NCBI RefSeq assembly: GCF_009914755.1
Contig: NC_060947.1
Direction: 5' to 3' (one strand)
DNA: 64,000 nt
Source: the human T2T-CHM13v2.0 reference genome, Homo sapiens
Every line of letters starts with the position of its first letter. Position 1 is the stretch's first letter. The position numbers were made by a program, and so were the translations under genes. Under the pieces are notes generated by a model that saw nothing but the letters and a program-made list of their open reading frames with translations, was not told the origin of the DNA and did not search any database. Positions 55,776 through 64,000 of the stretch are shown here, piece after piece.

Positions 55776-56405
55776 GAGATGGCCAGGTAAAGAGAAGGTG
55801 GAAGAGCATTAGAGCCAAGGCAGACATTTGTAGTAAGAGGCAAGGCAAGAATAAGATGGGTGTGATGGTGGTGGTGGGGTGGGTAGATACCACATAAGTT
55901 CTATGTTGCTGCTGTGTTCACTGGGAGTTGTGAGAGACAAAGCAGGAGTAGACAAGGACAGAGCTCTATGGGCCTTATACACCAGGTGGAGGGTCAGGGA
56001 CTGCAACGTTTAGTCAACAAAGAGCTGGGAGCTGTTTTGAGTAGAGGAAATTGATTGCTCTGGAAGGATTTGAGGGGCATGAGATTAAGATCAGAGAGAC
56101 TAGTTAGGAAGTGGTACAATTATCCAGAAATGAGGCAAGCCTGAGCTAAGGCACTGATACTTGGGGTCAAAAGGGGTGACATCTTGGGATTCAGATTGGC
56201 AGGGCTTGGTCATTTGTTGGATATGTGGATGGGGTGAAGGTGAAAGAGTAATGAGGAATGACTCAGATTTCTAGTTTGGATGGCTGGAAGGGTGGTGGGG
56301 CCACCATTGGAGATGGTGAACTCAGGAACAGGAGCAGAATTAGGGGACAACAATGAGTTGGATTTTAGGTAATTTGAGAGTTTGAGGTATTTCAGAGATA
56401 TCTAG

Positions 56406-56688
<283 letters not shown>

Positions 56689-57939
56689 TAGGCTGCAATC
56701 TTAAGTCACCAGAAGCAGAAAAGATGGAGTGGATGAAATTTTTCCAGAGAATGAGTAGAGCAAAAGGACAAGAAGAAACCCTCAGAGAACCCCAGCATTG
56801 AAGGGATAGGTGGAAGATGTGGGTCACCAGGCTGGAGCAGAGAAGGAACAGTCAGAAGCGGACATCTTGTGGCAGAAAGTGCCAAGAAGAACCTCAGATG
56901 ATAGGCTAAAAGTATCCAAACATCCTACTCATGTCATTATCATTTAGTAAATATTTGAGTATTTAGTACTATGAAAGTCATTATAGGAGGAGAGGGGATC
57001 CTAAGAAATCTACCACAGGACCCTTGATCTCAAGAGCCCTCTAATCTAGTGGGAGAAACAAACCACACTCATAAAAGAGGTCAAATGAAAGCCCAGAGAA
57101 GAGCCAAACAGCTGGGGAGAGTGAGATCTGGAGGACTCTGTGGGAGTAAGGGAGCCAAGAAGATTTTAAAGAGAAGCAGAAGTTGGCTGACCTTGAGGGC
57201 CAAATGGGCCATAGGTGGAGGATGCACCAACACAGGAGAACATGATACAAAGGCCAAGAGGAGGACAATGTAGTATTTACTGTGGATGGGACAGCCACTT
57301 CACATTGGAGAATCGAGACGGATCCTACTGGAGAGGTAGCTCAAACCCAGGTGTTTAAAGGCATGTGTGCCTGCCTTGGGGAATTCAGATGCTGCATAAG
57401 TGGAAATGGAAAGTTCAGGAAAAGGACTATCTTTATCAGCAAACCGTGACCACGTGTGTATCCTCCAAAGAGGAGTAAGAAGAAATGTTCCTGCCCTTCA
57501 GAGACAAATCAAAGGAGCATTTCAGAGAAATTAATACAACAGTGGTGTATCTTTTATTATGTATTTTTGAAATAGTCTGACAAATTCAGTTTTTGTTTCA
57601 TTTTCAGACGATATAATTTATCTGCTCTCTTTGTTGCCAAATTTCCTGGTTACTGTTATTTTCTGCTTAACCCTCAAACTTCAACAACAACAAAATATAA
57701 TAAGACACTATCTCAGTGAGACTTAGCCCATTAGAGTTTATAAACTTCATGCTTTAATAGTAGCTTTTCTACTTCACAGTGCCTCAGAGAAACCTATGCC
57801 TAGATTCTTCAGAAATCACTAAAATATGAGCACATTAGGCAAGTGGATGATAAACTGTAATATCAATTTGGTACTTTAAAGCAAAAGAACTTTCTAAAAT
57901 GCGATTGTATCCCACTCCTATTTAAAATCCCGAAGACTT

Positions 57940-58520
57940 ACAATTCAATAAAAGAAAGGCTAACAAGTTAGTGGAAAAATGGGCAAAGGCCATAAAGAGG
58001 CATTTCAAAGAAAAAGAATTGCGTATGGCAATAAGCACATGAAAAACGTTTCCTTTCACTCTTATACTTCACTAACATTTAAAGAAGTGCATATAAAAAA
58101 GCCAGGTTGCTGCTTTCACATCTGAAAATGTTTGCTATCATCCATTGTTGGTAAGGGTGTAGGGACTCTTATCCAATGTTAATGGGAGTGTAAATTGGTG
58201 TGTCTTCCAGGAGGGAAATTCAGTACTCACTTTCATATTGTAAATGCATACACTCCTTGACCCAGCAATTTTACTCCTAGAAATTTCTCCTACAAATATT
58301 CTTGCTCAAGTGCTTCAAGATGTGTGTAAAAGGATATCCACTGCCATATTTTTTATTGTAGATTTTTCTTTTTCCTTTTTTAAAAACAAAATCTAGCTCA
58401 TCCAGTAAGAGGGGGCTGAGTAGAGTCACTGTGGTGGCTACATACGCTGGTCAATGGGAAATCGCAAACAAAATCTTGTAGATTGAGGTGTGCTGGTGTG
58501 GCCTTGTCCATGATCTACAT
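57940..58520 (+). mobile_element. Old L1 (L1ME-like) 3' fragment
   Basis: gaaaaatgggcaaagg...aagcacatgaaaa...ttgacccagcaattttactcctag. Confidence 0.7.
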
Positions 58521-58933
58521 CCCTAGAGAACCTCTACATCCTCTTTTAAAGACTCTTATTTGTTCCCGAAAACCTTGCCACTATGCGAAGAGCTGTTTCC
58601 TGAAAAATTGCCTACATTAGTCTTACTGGAAAAAATTGTACTGTGCTCTAACCCAACCCAAATACCCCAAAATGTTTCGCAGACAGAAAAAAAAATCAAT
58701 TTGAACTATGAAAACAAATTTGTGTAAGTAATAAACACCAATTTGCAAGCATGTACAAAATGAAGGTCCACTGTTCTTGCCCAAAAAAGACTTGACAGTG
58801 GATGGTGGCGGTGAAGTGGCATGCAAGGAAGTCGTTCCTTGGAAGGGGAATTTGGCTTCTGTGTGTTTTCTTCATCATGATATGGGCTCATGATTATCCT
58901 GTGCTGAAACTCTTCTTAAAAAGAAAGTTAGCT

Positions 58934-59400
<467 letters not shown>

Positions 59401-59760
59401 AAGTTATAACATAGAAAAACATTTTTGGGGCAGAGTAAAGGCTAAACATGGAGTGTTTTGATCATGTTGAAATAACACATATGAACAACAGACTGAAAAT
59501 ATGTGGGAGATGCACCACTTCACCCCTCTCACTTGGTCTGTGTATGCAAAGCAAAACATTTTGGCTTAACCCATGCATTGTGCACAGTTCCAATTAGTTC
59601 CTTATAAGAATCTCTGACTAGAAACCATTATTCAGGTAAACTGGTGAATGCATCTTTGCCTGAAACCATAATATAAAAATTCCACTTATTATAATGCATT
59701 TATTTAGTATGTTTTGTGGAAGAAACAGTATGCCAATTTTTTAAAAAAAGTTATCCCCCA

Positions 59761-60056
<296 letters not shown>

Positions 60057-60171
60057 TTATCCCCCAAATGGTGCAACTTTTCAAAAGCAGTTATAGCAAA
60101 GGAAAGATTAGTAATTAAGTGAAAAAAAGAGGCAAGTTGCAGAACAACATAGCGCAATCTCCTTTTTAAAA

Positions 60172-60575
60172 TGGCACATATACACCATGGAATACTATGC
60201 AGCCATAAAAAAGGATGAGTTCATGTCCTTTGTAGGGACATGGATGAAGCTAGAAACCATCATTCTCAGCAAACTATCGCAAGGAAAAAAACCAAACACC
60301 GCATGTTCTCACTCATAGGTGGGAATTGAACAATGAGAACACATGGACATCATTGTTCATGGAAGGGGAACATCACACACCGGGGACTGTTGTGGGGTGG
60401 GAGGAGGGGGGAGGGATAGCATTAGGAGATATACCTAATGCTAAATGACAAGTTAATGGGTGCAGCACACCAACATGGCACATGTATACATATGTAACAA
60501 ACCTGCACATTGTGCACATGTACCCTAAAACTTCAAGTATAATAATAATAAAAAATAAAGTAAAGCATCTTAAAA
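60172..60575 (+). mobile_element. L1PA (young type) 3' end, ~0.4 kb
   Basis: ccatggaatactatgcagccataaaa...gcacatgtaccctaaaactt. Confidence 0.93.
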
Positions 60576-60769
60576 AAAATGACATATACCCATAATATGT
60601 GTTTCTGGAAAGAAAATCCTGAAAAGACATCTAAGAAATAGTAACAGTGTTTTTTTTGGGGGGGGTGGGGGGCAAGAAAGACATGTGTGCTGTTTAAATT
60701 TTTACTATGTGAAAGGACTGGAGAGAGAGAAATCATGTTTCAAAACTTATGTTTGTCATTAAATTCTAA

Positions 60770-62245
60770 ACTCACTAGTTGTTTTTAAGTTTTTGCTTAC
60801 ATTTTAGACTAACCCTGCTTGTTCCTGTGAACCAACCAGTAATTTCTGGCTGCAGTTCAGAAAGAACAAAAAGGATGGGTAATGTAGAAATCTGGATCAA
60901 TATTCTAGTTCTGAGCAATTATCCTGCCAATCCTGCCAGGTGATGGGAATAAGTAGGATGCCCATCACCCGGAAGTTTCCTTTAGGGAAAGTAGGACCAA
61001 AAAAGAGCTAACCAAAGACAAACGCCATGTGCCCAAATCCTAGCAAGCATAACTACAGCCACCAGTTATCTGGGTTTGTCACAAAACATCCTTTCCCCTC
61101 CATCTTTGGAGGAGGACTCAGTTCCACAGTTTTAACTTAGCATTCAGCTTATGATAAGGTGTCTATGCAACCCCCCGAGACATATTTTTGTCCAAAACTG
61201 AATCCCAAGTTTCATGTCAAAGCCCTAGGAAGGAAAACTGGATCTGAGGGATCCAGAGGCAAATGACAACAGAGGTTAAAAGGCACAGCGCAGGTGAGCA
61301 TGGCTGATTCCTGCTTATTAAGCCAAGCCCAAGCTTTCTGTTTCATGGATAAAGGCCACGTTAATATCCATGGCATAAATGAGTTCTAGGGAACTCCAAG
61401 GCTACTGACAGCAGGTGGGAAAGAGACATAATTGAGAGCAGATAATTCCTATTCTTTAGCCCCCCCGCCGCCCCGCTTCATTGGTACAAGCCACTTTGGC
61501 ACTCATGGCAGGACCTGCCAAGGAAGCCGGGACTCGGGGATGCAAGGATGAAAGATGGAAAGAGGACGCTCTTCCCTTTCTTCCTCATGTACCATGAGTA
61601 TCTGCTAGCAAGAGAAGGGAAACAGGGATGCCTGCTCTCCTTTTTGTAGATGGGTAGTCACTCATCTCCAGTCTGTACCCCTTTCAAATGCATCCTGAAC
61701 CCCTGGGACTCCTTTAAAAGTTGCCCTCTCTTTTTCCTTTCTTCTCCTTGGGCCTCTCTTCACTGATAGGTAATTGTGTCTCTGTACTATGGGACACTCC
61801 CCTCAGATGCATCCTCCAACCTGAAAAGAGTTAATTTTCCAAACTTTAAACTGGTTGGCTTAGGATTGGACTCGGGGGAAGGGAACCCAGAAGCCCAACA
61901 TGCCAGCAAAAGGGTAAAGTTTATTACCTGCCTCTCTCTGTGTAAACTGGTAAAAGCCCTCGGGATTTTTGAGCTGTCTTTACCCCTCCCCTTGTTTCAT
62001 TTTGATACATGTTTTCTAATAACCCAGTTTGTCTGTTCTTGCCTTCAGGCCATCAGACTCCAAACAGTCATGCAACCAAAGCCTCTGACAATGGCCCCTT
62101 CTGCTGGGAACCCTTAGGCCTCTGAAGGAGATCTGACTGCCGCTTCCCCAAAACAGCGCCCCTGTCAACCGGAAGCAGTTAAGATTGGTCTTCATCCTTC
62201 TCCTTAATCTAATGGCAGTTAGATGTACTTCTTTAGAGTGGGGGA
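60770..62245 (+). mobile_element. ERV1 internal remnant (MER61-int-like) ending in a polypurine tract
   Basis: Non-coding ERV-like sequence contiguous with PPT agagtggggga (62235-62245) and the LTR; 5' boundary approximate. Confidence 0.6.
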
Positions 62246-62545
62246 TGAGACAGCCAGGTGGGAGGGGGTCCCTAGAGAAACTCCAACCAGCCTGCCCACT
62301 GACATGGAGACTCGGGAAGTTCACAGGGACTTTGTGGAACCCAGGATCCGCAGGGCCTGGTGGGAAGCGCTCTAGCATAGGGACTCTGGCCTTGCAAGAG
62401 TCCCTGTTTCCCACTTTTTCCCCCTTTTCACCCGATAAAACCCTGCTTTACTCACCCTCTAAACCATCTGCAAGCCTAAATTTTCATGGCCATGGGACAG
62501 ACAAGGACTCCATCTTTAGCTGAACTGAGGAAAAGTCCTGCAACA
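62246..62545 (+). mobile_element. MER61-like 3' LTR
   Basis: TGAGACAGCCAGGTGGGAGGGG...CTGCAACA termini. Confidence 0.8.
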
Positions 62546-62759
62546 TTAGAAAGTTCATTCAGAGTCGGTTTCAATTTTTTTTAATAAGAGAAGAAAAATT
62601 ATCTAGAATGAAGTTCCTATAACATATGTAGAAGTCTGTTTTGTTCTTTGTGTCCTTACACCCAAGATTAAATGATCACAAAGAGAACTACAAGACATTC
62701 ACTAGAAAGATAAGCTAGAGAAGTTAGTGAAGTTCCGAAAAAGAAAAACAATGTGAGGA

Positions 62760-63990
62760 CACTAACCCTACCAAAAATTCAAATCTGCAGTGATGTATGT
62801 CTCAGCAATTGGAAAAGTGGGTGAATAAAGAATGAGGCCAATGAGAGAGAATAGAAAGTCCAAAAATTGAACCAGGTACATGATGTTACTACATGACAAA
62901 AATAGCATCTCTAAGTTTAGTCTAAAATAGGAATTAGAATGAAGAGCTTGTAGTAATGTGGTAGAAGCTAATAATAAGCAAACAAACACACTCAGTGACG
63001 AGGTATACTATATTTCGTCAGTTCTAAGATGCACATTTATTCACACATTGACGTCTGTGAATTTGGGATTTAATATCTCGGAACTCAATGGTACCTCACA
63101 ATCTCACAATTATTTGTCACTTCTATACCTAAATAGGCCTAAAAGAACTCTGTCAGTGTATATAAAATAAAAAGTTAAGTGATGAAAAAAATAGCATCTC
63201 TAATCAGTAGGCTCATAAGGACTTTGGATTACTGGGTTGTGATCTAAAAACAAAAGTTGGATCCATACCTCAATATATCTCATATGACTGTATGCTAGAA
63301 CAAGCTTTAAGTGATTCATAGATTTAAATGTAAAAATAACAAGTAGAAAAAAAAAAGAAACCATAAAAGCATTTCAAGAAATATGAGTGAATAGACCAAG
63401 AATATAGATGAATAACAAAAGAACTAATATAAATGGCTTCTAAAACCTGTAAAAATATGCCTAATCTCAGTTATTATTATAGAAATACAAATGAAAATTA
63501 AATCACATTGAGGTATTATTTCTCACCTCTAAGACTGACAAAAATCTAAACGTGTAACAATACATTCTATTGATGAGGTTATGAGCAACAAGTATCAGAT
63601 ATTACAGGTGGAAATGCAAATTGACACTATCAGAATTACAAATGTGTTTACGTTTTGAACTCATTCTACAGATGCACCTGCACATATAAGAAGTGATACA
63701 TGTTTATAATTATTCACTGAAGTACTGTTTGTAATAGCAAAAGACTGGGCACAATCCAACTCTCACAATAGCGAACTGGTTAAATAAACTTTGCCACATC
63801 CACACAATGGAATACCATGTGGCTACTGAAATAGAACAGACACTCTACTCTATGCACTGTTATGGAAAAACACTGGAACACAGAAACTAGTATGATTGGT
63901 TACCTAAAGGGAGCAGTAGAGAAAGGGGTGGATGGGGAGGGTGGTAGAGGGAATTATGCCTTAATATATGTCTTTCTGTATCACTTTAAC
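62760..63990 (+). mobile_element. Old L1 (L1ME-like) fragments
   Basis: ttggatccatacctca...agaaatacaaatgaaa...gtttgtaatagcaaaagactgg...cacaatggaatacc. Confidence 0.7.
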
Positions 63991-64000
63991 GTTCTACTAT

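Noticed and set aside
61776-62523. 112-132 aa ORFs in the ERV remnant
   Set aside because: No gag, pol or env motifs recognised, and two of the ORFs run into the LTR.

Overview
Primate (very probably human) genomic DNA containing the 3' part of TSPAN7 (tetraspanin-7/TM4SF2; Xp11.4 in human) on the + strand. It covers the end of intron 1, coding exons 2-7 (1721-1909, 6977-7051, 9822-9917, 11306-11461, 16802-16885, 23197-23265) and a non-coding last exon with AATAAA at 24494. The spliced exons give an uninterrupted frame from ITGVILLAVG to ITANQYEMV*. The remaining ~39 kb has no recognisable gene and is dense in repeats: Alu, L1, L2, MIR, hAT/Tigger fossils, and LTRs including a solo HERV-W LTR17 and a MER61 proviral remnant. 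One good CTCF motif lies at 53654. I found no convincing new biological system. The best leads are splicing hypotheses for TSPAN7 (a cryptic donor overlapping the stop codon, an Alu-derived poison exon, a recursive-splice-like site, frame-preserving circles) and several readable nested or aberrant transposon insertions. Exon boundaries were counted by hand. Repeat boundaries and subfamily names come from visual recognition and are approximate.
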